A stretch of 64,000 nt of DNA from an uncultured Candidatus Saccharibacteria bacterium. Lineage in GTDB: Bacteria; Patescibacteriota; Saccharimonadia; Saccharimonadales; CAIOMD01. The first letter of the stretch is position 1. Each line of letters starts with the position of its first letter. Below are positions 34,509-44,577 of this stretch, in pieces. The notes under the pieces are model-generated. The model ran no database searches. It saw only the letters and a list, made by a program, of their open reading frames with translations, and was not told the DNA's origin. A program made the translations under genes and the position numbers. Where the stretch lies: contig OY970318.1 of the NCBI GenBank assembly GCA_963716565.1, positions 128,830-192,829 on the forward strand. Direction: 5' to 3'.

Positions 34509-35192
34509 ATGAAGAGACAGTTAAATCAAAGAGGGTTTCACATATACTTTATACCGCTAATAATCGTCCTTTTGGGTGCCGTTGGCTTTACGGGTTGGTA
34601 TGTATGGGATGCTCAAAAAGATAAGGAGACCGGAGCTGCTGTTACCGATAATGCTGCAATAACTCCTACGCCAACACCTACACCGACAACCACACCTACT
34701 CCCGCTTTAGATGTAACAGCTGGTTGGTCAACATATACAAATACGCAGTACCATTTTTCTCTTAAATATCCTACCGATTGGGCATACGGTGGTACGTCTG
34801 GGGATGCCCAGTATCCATATTTTACAAAAGGTGGCAACAACGAACTAACCGTCCATGTGGAAAATTATAGTTACACTCTAGAAAATCGCCGCATAGCGAT
34901 TGAAGCCGACGGGAAATCAATAGATACTATCTCTTTCGATGATTTAGTCAGGAACTACAATAAACAGTCAGAAGGCGTAGAGACATCTAACGAAATTATC
35001 AATTCGGGACTGGGAAACGTTTACTTTAGGTCCTACACGTTCAATTGGTTCGGCAGGACTATTTTGCAATACAATGGTTGTCTTAAGGATGATAGGCAGC
35101 AGTTTTATGGTTTATTCTTTAAGGACGATGCTACACCAGATGAAATTAGCACATATAAGCTAGTTATTGCGTCTTTACAACCAATTAACTAA
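34509..35192 (+). CDS. hypothetical secreted or membrane-anchored protein with TP-repeat linker
   Basis: N-terminal TM or signal anchor, then TPTPTPTPTTTPTP, then a globular domain. Confidence 0.55.
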   Translation: MKRQLNQRGFHIYFIPLIIVLLGAVGFTGWYVWDAQKDKETGAAVTDNAAITPTPTPTPTTTPTPALDVTAGWSTYTNTQYHFSLKYPTDWAYGGTSGDAQYPYFTKGGNNELTVHVENYSYTLENRRIAIEADGKSIDTISFDDLVRNYNKQSEGVETSNEIINSGLGNVYFRSYTFNWFGRTILQYNGCLKDDRQQFYGLFFKDDATPDEISTYKLVIASLQPIN

Positions 35193-35231
35193 TCTTACCC
35201 CGAATCTTAGTTCGCAGGTTATAATTCATAT

Positions 35232-37205
35232 GTGCAAAAGTTTGAGTTAGTTACAAAATATCAGCCCACTGGTGATCAGCCGGCGGCTATTGCTCAATTG
35301 AGCAAAGGGCTAAGGGCTGGCGAAAAAAACCAAGTACTTTTAGGTGTGACTGGTTCTGGCAAAACTTTTACTTTGGCCAATATAGTTGCCGAAATCCAAA
35401 GACCAACGCTGGTGCTAGCTCACAACAAAACTTTGGCCGCTCAGCTATATAACGAGTTTAAAAACTATTTCCCTAATAACGCGGTGCACTATTTTGTATC
35501 TTATTTTGATTACTATCAGCCCGAGGCCTACATTCCGCGAAGTGACACCTACATAGAAAAAGATAGCGCTATAAACGAAGAAATTGATCGCTTGCGCCAC
35601 GCCGCCACTAGTTCGCTTTTAAGTCGTCGTGATGTATTGATTGTGGCTAGCGTAAGTTGTATTTACGGTATGGGCTCGGTAGAAGATTATGGCGCCATGG
35701 CCGTAAAAGTAGCTGCCGGCGATAGGCGAGTGCGCGATAAATTACTGCGCCAGCTAAGTGATATTCAGTTGCATCGCAACGATGTAGCTTTTAGCCGCAA
35801 CAACTTTAGAGTTCACGGCGATGTGGTAGATATTTATCCAGCCGGTTCCGAAGTAGCTTACCGTTTAGAATTCGATGGCGACATTATTGAGCGCATTGTC
35901 CAAATTAACCCCTTAACCGGCGAAATCGAAGCCAAGCTAGACCAAGTAACAATCTACCCCAGCAGCCATTACGTAACGCCACACGAAAAGTTGCAAACAG
36001 CGCTAATAAAGATCCGCCAAGAGTTTGACGACCGCTTAAAGTATTTTAAAAAGCACGGCAAGTTGCTAGAAGCCCAGCGCCTAGAACAGCGCACCAAGTT
36101 CGACCTAGAAATGTTAGAAGAAACTGGCTTTGTAAAAGGCATAGAAAACTATAGCCGTTATTTGACCGACCGCGAAGAGGGTGAACAGCCAGCCACGTTA
36201 CTGGATTATTACCCTGATGATTTTTTGCTGGTAATAGACGAAAGCCACATGACCATTCCGCAAGTTCGGGGCATGTACAACGGCGATAGAGCGCGCAAAG
36301 AAGTTTTGGTAGAACACGGCTTTAGATTGCCCAGTGCCCTAGATAACCGCCCCTTAACATTCCCAGAATTCGAACGCCATATTAACCAAGTTATTTACAT
36401 GTCGGCTACGCCGGCCGAATACGAACTTAGTCGCTCGCCAAAACCGGTCGAGCAGGTTATTAGGCCAACCGGCTTGCTAGATCCCGAAATTGAAGTTCGG
36501 CCAATTGACGGCCAAGTAGATGATTTAATCAATGAAATCCGCGAGCGCATAAAGAAACATCAGCGAGTACTAGTGACCACCTTAACTAAACGCATGGCTG
36601 AAGATTTAACAGAGTATTTAAAAGATATAAACATTAAAGTTCAGTACTTACACAGTGATGTTGAAACACTGGAGCGCACCGACATTTTGCGTGATTTGCG
36701 CCTTGGTATTTACGACGTTTTGGTAGGCATTAACTTGCTGCGTGAAGGTTTGGATTTGCCAGAAGTTAGCTTAGTAGCCATTTTAGACGCTGATAAAGAA
36801 GGTTTTTTGCGTAGCGAAGCCGCCCTAGTGCAAACCATTGGCCGAGCTGCCAGGCATCAAGAAGGCCGAGTTATTATGTACGCCGACCGCATTACCGGTA
36901 GCATGCAAAAAGCTATAGACGAAACTAACCGCCGCCGAGCCATCCAGCAAAAGCACAATCAAGAGCATGACATTACGCCTACCAGCATTTCAAAACTAAT
37001 TGACGAATCTTTGCGGGCCGAAGTTGGCGCTGAAAGCGAAGAGGCTAAAACAGTCAGGCATAGTCTTAAGCACATTCCTAAAGATGAATACGAGCCAGTT
37101 ATTAAAGATTTAACCGCTCAGATGGAATTAGCTGCCGCCAACCTAGAGTTCGAAAAAGCCGCCGACTTGCGCGACCTCATCGCCGAGATGAAAGCTAAAA
37201 TTTAG
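35232..37205 (+). CDS. uvrB: excinuclease ABC subunit B
   Basis: [11 protein letters not shown], Walker [13 protein letters not shown] box and a C-terminal UVR motif ([11 protein letters not shown]). Confidence 0.95.
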   Translation: MQKFELVTKYQPTGDQPAAIAQLSKGLRAGEKNQVLLGVTGSGKTFTLANIVAEIQRPTLVLAHNKTLAAQLYNEFKNYFPNNAVHYFVSYFDYYQPEAYIPRSDTYIEKDSAINEEIDRLRHAATSSLLSRRDVLIVASVSCIYGMGSVEDYGAMAVKVAAGDRRVRDKLLRQLSDIQLHRNDVAFSRNNFRVHGDVVDIYPAGSEVAYRLEFDGDIIERIVQINPLTGEIEAKLDQVTIYPSSHYVTPHEKLQTALIKIRQEFDDRLKYFKKHGKLLEAQRLEQRTKFDLEMLEETGFVKGIENYSRYLTDREEGEQPATLLDYYPDDFLLVIDESHMTIPQVRGMYNGDRARKEVLVEHGFRLPSALDNRPLTFPEFERHINQVIYMSATPAEYELSRSPKPVEQVIRPTGLLDPEIEVRPIDGQVDDLINEIRERIKKHQRVLVTTLTKRMAEDLTEYLKDINIKVQYLHSDVETLERTDILRDLRLGIYDVLVGINLLREGLDLPEVSLVAILDADKEGFLRSEAALVQTIGRAARHQEGRVIMYADRITGSMQKAIDETNRRRAIQQKHNQEHDITPTSISKLIDESLRAEVGAESEEAKTVRHSLKHIPKDEYEPVIKDLTAQMELAAANLEFEKAADLRDLIAEMKAKI

Positions 37206-37254
37206 CACTTTTATTTTTTTTATTTGCTAAACTAAGCTTAAGGTTACGCTACAG

Positions 37255-39216
37255 ATGAAGATATTCGAACTGATACTTCAAAAAAACCAAATCACAGCCG
37301 AAGAATGGCAAAAGTTGGTGGCGACTATTGCTAGGCACACCAAGGGCTTTAAACCGTTTAGTGTAGCCGTGGTTTTTAAAGAAAACATTATTAGGTATTT
37401 TTTGATTTCTAAAAAGGACTTATCCCAGTTATCAACTGGTCTAGAAGGCGTTATTATAGGTAGCGCTAGCGAAGAAGATCGTAAACTATTGGAACTGCCC
37501 GAGTCGCCTGACAAGATTCGTTTTTTGAAGGTTCCTGCCGGCGGCACACTAACTGACATAAGAGAGAACTATAAACTGCACGAATCTCTGAGCCTTTATT
37601 TAGCGATTATTGACGTTCAGCGGGTTGGTAAGCGGTTGGCAGCCAAGTTGCATGCTTATTTTTCTTTTAGTGGCGTACGTAAAGTTTGGCACCAGCAACT
37701 CACAACATTCCCCAGCCATTTGCTAAAGATGGATTTTAATACCAATTCTACATACATAAAAAAATCAGCGCCCAAGTATCTGAGCATCGAAAAAACGCTG
37801 CACATCTTAGATAGCGAGGATACCAACGCTATTTTTTCGGTCGACGCCTTCCCATATTTTTCACATAACTATTATTTGAATATTAACTCCTACGAGTTCG
37901 ATAAACATTCATTTATTTTGGGAGCCACAGGCACCGGCAAGTCTAAGCTTATAAGTCTAATTATTGATCGCCTGGCCCGCACTGACACCTTGGGCCAGTA
38001 TCGTATTGTGGTCATCGATCCGCACGCTTCGATCGGGGCAGACTTAGAAAACATTCCCAAGAGTCGAATAATCAATTTTAGTGGTGAGTCGACCGAGTTA
38101 TTCCCCGACGCCTCAGCTGACATATCGGCCGCTACGGAACTAACTACCACCCTATTTAAATCTTTGATTGCCGAACAGTATAATCCCAGATTAGAGCGAG
38201 TTTTAAGATACACTTTGTTTATTTTGCTTACCGCTCAAACTATGTCATTAGACATGCTAAAAACATTTTTAGTAGACATCGATACCAGAAACAGGGTAAT
38301 TGAGCATGTTAAAGGCTATGTACCAGTCAATGTAGTTAAATTTTTTGGCGGCGACTACAACGAAATTAGAACTAACTATTATAACGAAGCCGTGTTGCCA
38401 ATCATTTCATTAGTAGACGAGATGCAAATGCAGCCGGCCCTAGTTGGCGATACCGATTTATCACTCGCCAAAACTATCCAAGATAATTTCTTAACAGTTT
38501 TCTCACTGAATAAAGTAAGTATGGGGGACAAAGTAGTTAAGACGGTTGCTGGATTACTTATTCAGCAGATTTTCTTATTGGCTCAGGCCAGAGTTTTTGG
38601 CCAAAAAATTATTTTGTTTGTCGACGAAGTGTCTATCGTCCAGAATCCAGCCTTGGCTTCAATCTTGGCCGAAGCCCGCAAGTTTAACTTGTCTATAATC
38701 CTAACGCAGCAGTACTTTGGGCAAATCGAAAAAGACTTACGTGACGCTATACTAAGCAACGTCTATAACTACTATGTATTTAAAGTGTCCGAAGAAGATG
38801 CTCGTTCGCTAGAAGGCAATCTAGAAATAGATGTACCAAGCGAGATACTCGCCGAGGCCAAAGAAAAGGGCTTAAAGGAAGCCGATATTAGGGCCAAAAT
38901 TATGGTGGGGCTAGATCCAAGGGAGTGCCTAATAAGAGTATATGCCGGTGGCCAGTTGTTGCCGTGCATTATTGGGCGTACGGTGGATGCTCCGGCCATA
39001 AAAGACCAGCCTAGAAAAACTGGCACCGAAAGCCTTGAACCCTTTAAGCAATCTAAGCTACCGTCAAAGTTTAATCCCGATGAGTCTAGTGAATTGCCAC
39101 AGTTAGCAACCCTAGAGGCTATTAAAGGGCCCAAGCGCAGCATTGATGAGATTATCAAAGACCTAGGCGCCAAAGCGACAGATACCAGCATTAATTCCAA
39201 AGATGATATAAAATGA
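37255..39216 (+). CDS. HerA/DUF87-like P-loop ATPase with a unique N-terminal domain of about 210 aa
   Basis: Walker A ILGATGTGKSKL, VVIDPHASIG (compare HerA IDPHGEY), Walker B ILFVDEVS and ARKFNLSIILTQQ. Confidence 0.65.
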   Translation: MKIFELILQKNQITAEEWQKLVATIARHTKGFKPFSVAVVFKENIIRYFLISKKDLSQLSTGLEGVIIGSASEEDRKLLELPESPDKIRFLKVPAGGTLTDIRENYKLHESLSLYLAIIDVQRVGKRLAAKLHAYFSFSGVRKVWHQQLTTFPSHLLKMDFNTNSTYIKKSAPKYLSIEKTLHILDSEDTNAIFSVDAFPYFSHNYYLNINSYEFDKHSFILGATGTGKSKLISLIIDRLARTDTLGQYRIVVIDPHASIGADLENIPKSRIINFSGESTELFPDASADISAATELTTTLFKSLIAEQYNPRLERVLRYTLFILLTAQTMSLDMLKTFLVDIDTRNRVIEHVKGYVPVNVVKFFGGDYNEIRTNYYNEAVLPIISLVDEMQMQPALVGDTDLSLAKTIQDNFLTVFSLNKVSMGDKVVKTVAGLLIQQIFLLAQARVFGQKIILFVDEVSIVQNPALASILAEARKFNLSIILTQQYFGQIEKDLRDAILSNVYNYYVFKVSEEDARSLEGNLEIDVPSEILAEAKEKGLKEADIRAKIMVGLDPRECLIRVYAGGQLLPCIIGRTVDAPAIKDQPRKTGTESLEPFKQSKLPSKFNPDESSELPQLATLEAIKGPKRSIDEIIKDLGAKATDTSINSKDDIK

Positions 39217-39232
39217 TAAAAGGAGCAAACCA

Positions 39233-39931
39233 GTGACCGAAAAACAAGCACAAGAAATTCTGGATAAAATTGTAGGCCAAGTTTTTGGCTATAAAAATCC
39301 TTTTACCATAGATCAATTTGCTAAAAAGTTTGCCTATGATGTACGCGTGCCGGTGGAGGTTAGTGATACGACAACCGGTGAGGCTACCTGGACTCAAATT
39401 CCCAAACCCACCAAATATATGGCCGAAAAAAACGTTCACAAAATCTTTCAAGAAGGTGGTTTTGAGCTACCGAAACAGCCAATAAATAATATGGATGATT
39501 TGTTGAAAATCTGGGAGAAAACCAACTACATGACTGCCGAACGTACGTTTGAAGCCATAAATACTTCCAAAAGCGACGGCGTTGTAGAATCCGAAAATGT
39601 TTATAAGTCTATGGATATTAGAAAATCTAAAAACATTGTGTTGTGTGACGGGCTGGGCCATTGCGAATATGTTGCCGCTTCACAAAGGAATGGCTCGGTA
39701 GAATATTGTATTAGGGCAGAGGACTGCAAAACTTGCAGTAACTGCTACTCGGTCGCCTGGGGTGTTAAGGTAATCAATTCGATGTTTATCAATGACTGTT
39801 ATGATTTATACGAGTGCCTGTTTTGTTCTCACCTAGTTTCAAAAAAATTCTGGATTGCCAATATGCCTTTTGAAGAAGCTGAGTACTACAAAATTAAAAA
39901 TATGGTTGTTAAGTGGATTTTATCGCAATAA
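39233..39931 (+). CDS. hypothetical protein with Cys-rich C-terminal region
   Basis: GTG start after SD aaaggag, 16 nt after the ATPase stop. The C-terminal 90 aa contain 11 Cys (CDGLGHCEY...CIRAEDCKTCSNCY...CYDLYECLFCSH). Confidence 0.55.
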   Translation: MTEKQAQEILDKIVGQVFGYKNPFTIDQFAKKFAYDVRVPVEVSDTTTGEATWTQIPKPTKYMAEKNVHKIFQEGGFELPKQPINNMDDLLKIWEKTNYMTAERTFEAINTSKSDGVVESENVYKSMDIRKSKNIVLCDGLGHCEYVAASQRNGSVEYCIRAEDCKTCSNCYSVAWGVKVINSMFINDCYDLYECLFCSHLVSKKFWIANMPFEEAEYYKIKNMVVKWILSQ

Positions 39932-39984
39932 ATCATCAATCGGATATTGAATAACAGATTAGATAAGGGTTATACTAAGCTGTA

Positions 39985-40278
39985 ATGACAAAAATTTCTG
40001 TGGCGGATGTAAAAAAACTAGCTAAGCTTAGCCGATTAAAGCTGAACGATAAAGAGGTTGCCAAGTATCAGGATGAACTGAGCGCTATTTTAAGCTATGT
40101 CGAAAAGTTGCAAAAAGTGGATACCAAGGGCCTAGAGCCAACTAGCCAAGTGACCGGCTTAAAAAACGTTGTTAGGCCGGACGAGTTGATGGATTATGGC
40201 ACTACCCCAGATGAGTTGCTAAAAAATGCCCCAGCGGTTGAAGCCCACCAATTCAAGGTGAAAAGGATTATTCAATGA
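39985..40278 (+). CDS. gatC: Asp/Glu-tRNA amidotransferase subunit C
   Basis: 97 aa with the GatC pattern (VKKLAKLSRLKL...EPTSQV). Confidence 0.9.
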   Translation: MTKISVADVKKLAKLSRLKLNDKEVAKYQDELSAILSYVEKLQKVDTKGLEPTSQVTGLKNVVRPDELMDYGTTPDELLKNAPAVEAHQFKVKRIIQ

Positions 40279-41708
40279 GCTGGGACAAAATAGCCAAACT
40301 AGCCAGCGATGTTCAGTCTGGCAAGGTAAAAGCGGTTGATTTAGTCAAAAAATCAATTGAACTTATCGATAAAAACGAAGAGTTTCACGCACTACTCACA
40401 ACCACCAAGAACTCAGCAATTATTGAAGCAGCGTTAGCCAAGGCCAAAGAAATCGACGAAAAGGTAAAAAAAGGCCAAAAAGTCGGGCGTTTAGCCGGCG
40501 TACCCTTTGTAGCTAAGGATAATTTCTTGGTAAAGAATGGTTATACCACGGCTGGCAGTTTGATGTTGGCGCCTTTTGAAGCGCCCTACCAAGCTACGGC
40601 CATAAATAAGTTAGAGGCCGAAGGGGCAATTTTAGTTGGCAAGGCCAATTTGGATTCTTTTGCTCACGGTAGTAGCACCGAAAACAGCGCCTTTGGGCCA
40701 ACGTTAAACCCGCACGATAAAACTAGGGTTCCTGGCGGTTCATCTGGTGGTTCGGGCGCGTCCGTGGCACTAGATATGGTGCCATTCGCCCTAGGTACCG
40801 ACACGGGGGGTTCTATACGTTTACCGGCTAGCTTTTGTGGTGTAGTTGGCTATAAACCAACCTATGGTTTAGTGTCGCGTTATGGGGTAGTAGCTATGGC
40901 CAGTTCTACAGACGTGATTGGGCCACTTACTAAGAACGTCGAAGATGCCGCCTTGGTTTTAGATGTAATGAGTGGCCGCGATATCTTTGACGGCACTACT
41001 ATTGAGCGCGATAAACAAAACTACGCAGATTTAGATGATTCCATAAAAGGTAAAAAGATCGCTGTTATTAAAGAATATATGGGCGAAGGTTTAGACACCG
41101 GAGTTCGTAAATGCATTGAATTGTCTATTGAAAAGCTTAAAAAAGCTGGCGCTGATGTACAAGAAATAAGTTTGCCATCGCTTGATTTAGCTCTGGCCTG
41201 CTATTACATAATTGTGCCAGCCGAAATAAGCAGCAACCTTTGCCGCTACGATGGCCAGCGTTACGGCATTTACAGTGAGGAAGCAAAAGATATCTTTGAA
41301 AGCTACGAACAAGCCCGCGAAAAGGGCTTTACCGATGAAAATAAGCGCCGAATTATGATTGGTACCTATGTTCTAAGCAGTGGCTATTACGATGCTTATT
41401 ATCGGCAGGCTCAAACTGTTCGAACGAAACTAATAAAGGAATTTGAAACGGCCTTTAAAAAGTTTGATTTTTTGGTTGGCCCGGTAGCACCCACAACTGC
41501 CTTCAAGCTAGGTGAAAACGCTAATGACCCGCTTAAGATGTATCTAGCCGACATTATGACTGTGGCTGTGAACTTGGTTGGCATACCAGCCATTAGCTTG
41601 CCGGCTGGCTTAGCAGATAAATTGCCAGTTGGTTTACAAATAATGGCGCCTCAAAAAGCTGACAAAAAACTGTTAAATTTGGCCAAAGCGCTAGAGGGAG
41701 TCTTATAA
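40275..41708 (+). CDS. gatA: Asp/Glu-tRNA amidotransferase subunit A
   Basis: Amidase signature (GGSSGGSGASVA, GTDTGGSIRLPASFCG). Confidence 0.95.
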   Translation: MSWDKIAKLASDVQSGKVKAVDLVKKSIELIDKNEEFHALLTTTKNSAIIEAALAKAKEIDEKVKKGQKVGRLAGVPFVAKDNFLVKNGYTTAGSLMLAPFEAPYQATAINKLEAEGAILVGKANLDSFAHGSSTENSAFGPTLNPHDKTRVPGGSSGGSGASVALDMVPFALGTDTGGSIRLPASFCGVVGYKPTYGLVSRYGVVAMASSTDVIGPLTKNVEDAALVLDVMSGRDIFDGTTIERDKQNYADLDDSIKGKKIAVIKEYMGEGLDTGVRKCIELSIEKLKKAGADVQEISLPSLDLALACYYIIVPAEISSNLCRYDGQRYGIYSEEAKDIFESYEQAREKGFTDENKRRIMIGTYVLSSGYYDAYYRQAQTVRTKLIKEFETAFKKFDFLVGPVAPTTAFKLGENANDPLKMYLADIMTVAVNLVGIPAISLPAGLADKLPVGLQIMAPQKADKKLLNLAKALEGVL

Positions 41709-42116
41709 ATGGGTATTGCCGGTATTATCTTAATAATCGTTGGGGCTGTGATTATACTAGCCCTACTTAACCTTATTAATAGAACGCCCCCTAAGGGCAT
41801 AGATAAGCCGTATTTTCAGAACGAGTGGAACGACATTTTAAAAATGGTTGAAGACCCCAAAACTAGGCCCTTAAGTATCATCCATGCCGACAAATTGCTG
41901 GATGAAGCTCTAAAATGCTGTGGCTTCCACGGCGATACCATGGGCGAGCGTTTAGTATCAGCTAAAAAGTCTTTGAGCAATCGTGATAGTGTGTGGGGTG
42001 CTCATAAATTACGAAATCGCCTAGTGCATGAAAAGTTTGCTGAACCATCCGAAAGAGATGCTAAGACAGCTCTAAAGGGTTACTCCCAAGCCTTTAGGGA
42101 TTTGAGGGTTTTTTAA
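41709..42116 (+). CDS. membrane-anchored protein with HEPN-like RNxLVHE motif, embedded between gatA and gatB
   Basis: 135 aa with an N-terminal TM helix and a helical domain carrying AHKLRNRLVHEKF (Rx4H). The start abuts the gatA stop and the stop abuts the gatB ATG. Confidence 0.5.
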   Translation: MGIAGIILIIVGAVIILALLNLINRTPPKGIDKPYFQNEWNDILKMVEDPKTRPLSIIHADKLLDEALKCCGFHGDTMGERLVSAKKSLSNRDSVWGAHKLRNRLVHEKFAEPSERDAKTALKGYSQAFRDLRVF

Positions 42117-43580
42117 ATGAGCGCCGAGAACTATCTAGTAAGGGGTAAATATTACCCAACAATTGGTATTGAATGCCATGTACAGCTTAAGACTAAAACT
42201 AAGCTGTTCGCTGGTATAGATAACGATGCCCGCGAAGCCAAGCCCAACACCTTAATTTCACCTTTGTGTATAGGCATGCCCGGTACTTTGCCGGTTTTAA
42301 ATGCTCAAGCCGTTAAACTAACTATTAGGGCTGGCCTGGCCTTGCATGCCGAAATCGCCCAAGTGAGTCATTTTGATCGTAAACATTACTTTTACCCAGA
42401 TTTACCCAAGGGTTATCAAATCAGCCAGTTCGAAAAACCGCTAGTTGGCAAGGGTGCCATAGATGTGCCTTTAGAAGACGGCAGTAGTTTTACAGTTGGG
42501 ATAACCAGAGCCCACCTAGAAGAAGATGCTGGCAAAAACATCCATCCTGCAAACGGCGACTATTCGCTTGTCGACCTAAACCGTAGTGGTACGCCACTAC
42601 TCGAAATAGTTTCGGAACCCGACATTCATAGCCCGGCCCAAGCCAAAGCCTGCGCTAAAGAGCTGTATCTGCTGATGAAATATGCTGATGTATCAGATGT
42701 AGATTTGTACCATGGCAATATGCGTTTTGATGTTAACGTTAGCGTCAGTGATGACCCCCAAAAATTAGGTACCCGTTCTGAGACTAAAAACTTGAACAGT
42801 TTTAAGAGTGTTGAAAAGGCTGTGGAATTCGAAATTAATCGCCAAATTGAATTACTCGAAAAAGGCCAGCCAATCGTACAAGAAACTAGGGGCTGGGATG
42901 AGGCCAAGCAAAGAACCACTAGCCAGCGATCTAAAGAAGATGCTCACGATTACCGATATTTCCCAGAACCAGACATCCCGCCACTAGAAATCAGCAAAGA
43001 CCTAGTTAGTGAAATAGCCAAAGAAATGCCCCTGTTGCCACCGGCTTTAAGAGAACGATTTGCTGGCCTAGGCTTAAGTTTTGCCCAAATCAGCACCATT
43101 CTAGAAGAGCCGGAACTAGCCGGGATAATTCTTTATGTTAGTGATTCCCGCGATGCTAAGACTGCCAAGACTATAGCTAACTGGTGCTTGGTAATAATTC
43201 AAAAGTTGGTTGGCCAGAAATCTTTAAGCTGGCAGCAAGTGACAAGCAGCGTTGATAATTTAGCGCAGTTGGCCTCACTGCAAGATGGCGGGGTTATTAG
43301 TTCAACGGCGGCCAAAGAACTAATTGAGGATATGATTGGCAAGAACAAAGACCCAGAAGAGCTGGCTAAGCAACGGGGCTTGATTCAAGTTTCTGATGAA
43401 GGCGAACTGGCCATTATTATTGAGGGCGTATTAGCCGAAAACCCAAAAGCTGTTACAGACATTCGTGATGGCCAGCTAAAAGCGTTGGGCTTTTTAGTGG
43501 GCCAAGTTATGAAGGTTAGCCAAGGGCGGGCAAACCCAGCCAAGGTACAAGAATTAATAAAAAAACAGTTAGGAGCATAA
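42117..43580 (+). CDS. gatB: Asp/Glu-tRNA amidotransferase subunit B
   Basis: GatB pattern (IGIECHVQL, DRKHYFYPDLPKGYQISQ, HLEEDAGK) and a C-terminal YqeY-like domain. Confidence 0.95.
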   Translation: MSAENYLVRGKYYPTIGIECHVQLKTKTKLFAGIDNDAREAKPNTLISPLCIGMPGTLPVLNAQAVKLTIRAGLALHAEIAQVSHFDRKHYFYPDLPKGYQISQFEKPLVGKGAIDVPLEDGSSFTVGITRAHLEEDAGKNIHPANGDYSLVDLNRSGTPLLEIVSEPDIHSPAQAKACAKELYLLMKYADVSDVDLYHGNMRFDVNVSVSDDPQKLGTRSETKNLNSFKSVEKAVEFEINRQIELLEKGQPIVQETRGWDEAKQRTTSQRSKEDAHDYRYFPEPDIPPLEISKDLVSEIAKEMPLLPPALRERFAGLGLSFAQISTILEEPELAGIILYVSDSRDAKTAKTIANWCLVIIQKLVGQKSLSWQQVTSSVDNLAQLASLQDGGVISSTAAKELIEDMIGKNKDPEELAKQRGLIQVSDEGELAIIIEGVLAENPKAVTDIRDGQLKALGFLVGQVMKVSQGRANPAKVQELIKKQLGA

Positions 43581-43583
43581 ATA

Positions 43584-44462
43584 ATGGGCGCTTTATTAAG
43601 GAGGCCAACAAAGGCCATCATAACCGATGCGGGTTACGCTAGCCGCTTTTTGCCAATTACCAAAACAATCCCTAAGGCTATGCTGCCGCTTGGCGCCAAA
43701 CCAATTATCCAGTATGCCGTAGAAGAATGTTTGGCGGCGGGAATAAACGAAATCATTATTGTGGTTACACCAGAGGGCAAGCCGATTTACGAGGATTACT
43801 TTTTTGACTCGGCCAACCATATCCATGAGTTACTGCAAGCGCAAGGTAAAGAGGATCGCTATAAACCCGTGCAAGAAGTGCTAGACTTTCCCAAAATACA
43901 TATTGTTGTTCAGGGCCGCGAATTGCCGTATGGCAACGGAACGCCAATAGTTTGTGCTAGGGACTATATAGCAGACGATGAAGCTTTTGTGGTGATATAT
44001 AGCGACGATTTAATATTTGGTTCATCAGATGTGCAGACGATGATGGAAGTTTACGATAAACATCCTGACGCTAAAGGTGTAATTACTGCTCAAGAGATGC
44101 CACCAGAAGTGTTGCACAGGTACGGCATAATTTCATTAAAAGACGGCGATAAACTAGATAACATAGTAGAAAAACCGCCAACTGGCCAAGCTCCTTCTAC
44201 CTTGGCTTCTTACGGTCGCTATCTGCTCACCCCAGAAGTCTTTGACTATCTAAAATTTGATAATCTTGGCTTAGACAACGAATTATGGACAGTTGATGCT
44301 GTTACTAAACTAGCCGAGATAGGTGATGTTTATGTGGAAAAAACTAGGGGCGAATGGGTAACCACCGGCGACCCCAAAAACTACTTCTTGGCATGTTTGC
44401 GCTATGTGCTCGCCAAAGAAGATTATGCCGACGCCGTTCGGGATGTGGTATCAAAAGCATAA
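43584..44462 (+). CDS. galU: UTP--glucose-1-phosphate uridylyltransferase
   Basis: Nucleotidyltransferase pattern (AIITDAGYASRFLPITKTIPKAMLPL) typical of GalU. Confidence 0.8.
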   Translation: MGALLRRPTKAIITDAGYASRFLPITKTIPKAMLPLGAKPIIQYAVEECLAAGINEIIIVVTPEGKPIYEDYFFDSANHIHELLQAQGKEDRYKPVQEVLDFPKIHIVVQGRELPYGNGTPIVCARDYIADDEAFVVIYSDDLIFGSSDVQTMMEVYDKHPDAKGVITAQEMPPEVLHRYGIISLKDGDKLDNIVEKPPTGQAPSTLASYGRYLLTPEVFDYLKFDNLGLDNELWTVDAVTKLAEIGDVYVEKTRGEWVTTGDPKNYFLACLRYVLAKEDYADAVRDVVSKA

Positions 44463-44577
44463 AAGTTTTGCAAAAAGATCTAGATTTAAGGAACTTGGTA
44501 GATTTTACAGCGTTTTTATTGCCTTAATGGTAATATTTTTCTCTATAATGTAGAGATAATATGAGGGTAAACCAGTA

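Noticed and set aside
34655-34700. Repetitive acncc tract (TPTPTPTPTTTPTP), considered as a tandem repeat or array.
   Set aside because: It is an in-frame low-complexity Thr/Pro linker inside a credible CDS. It is not a CRISPR array or a non-coding repeat.
35220-35234. TATAAT 6 nt upstream of the uvrB GTG start, considered as another leaderless promoter.
   Set aside because: There is no acceptable -35 at 17±1 nt, and leaderless initiation strongly prefers AUG. I did not count it among the leaderless examples.
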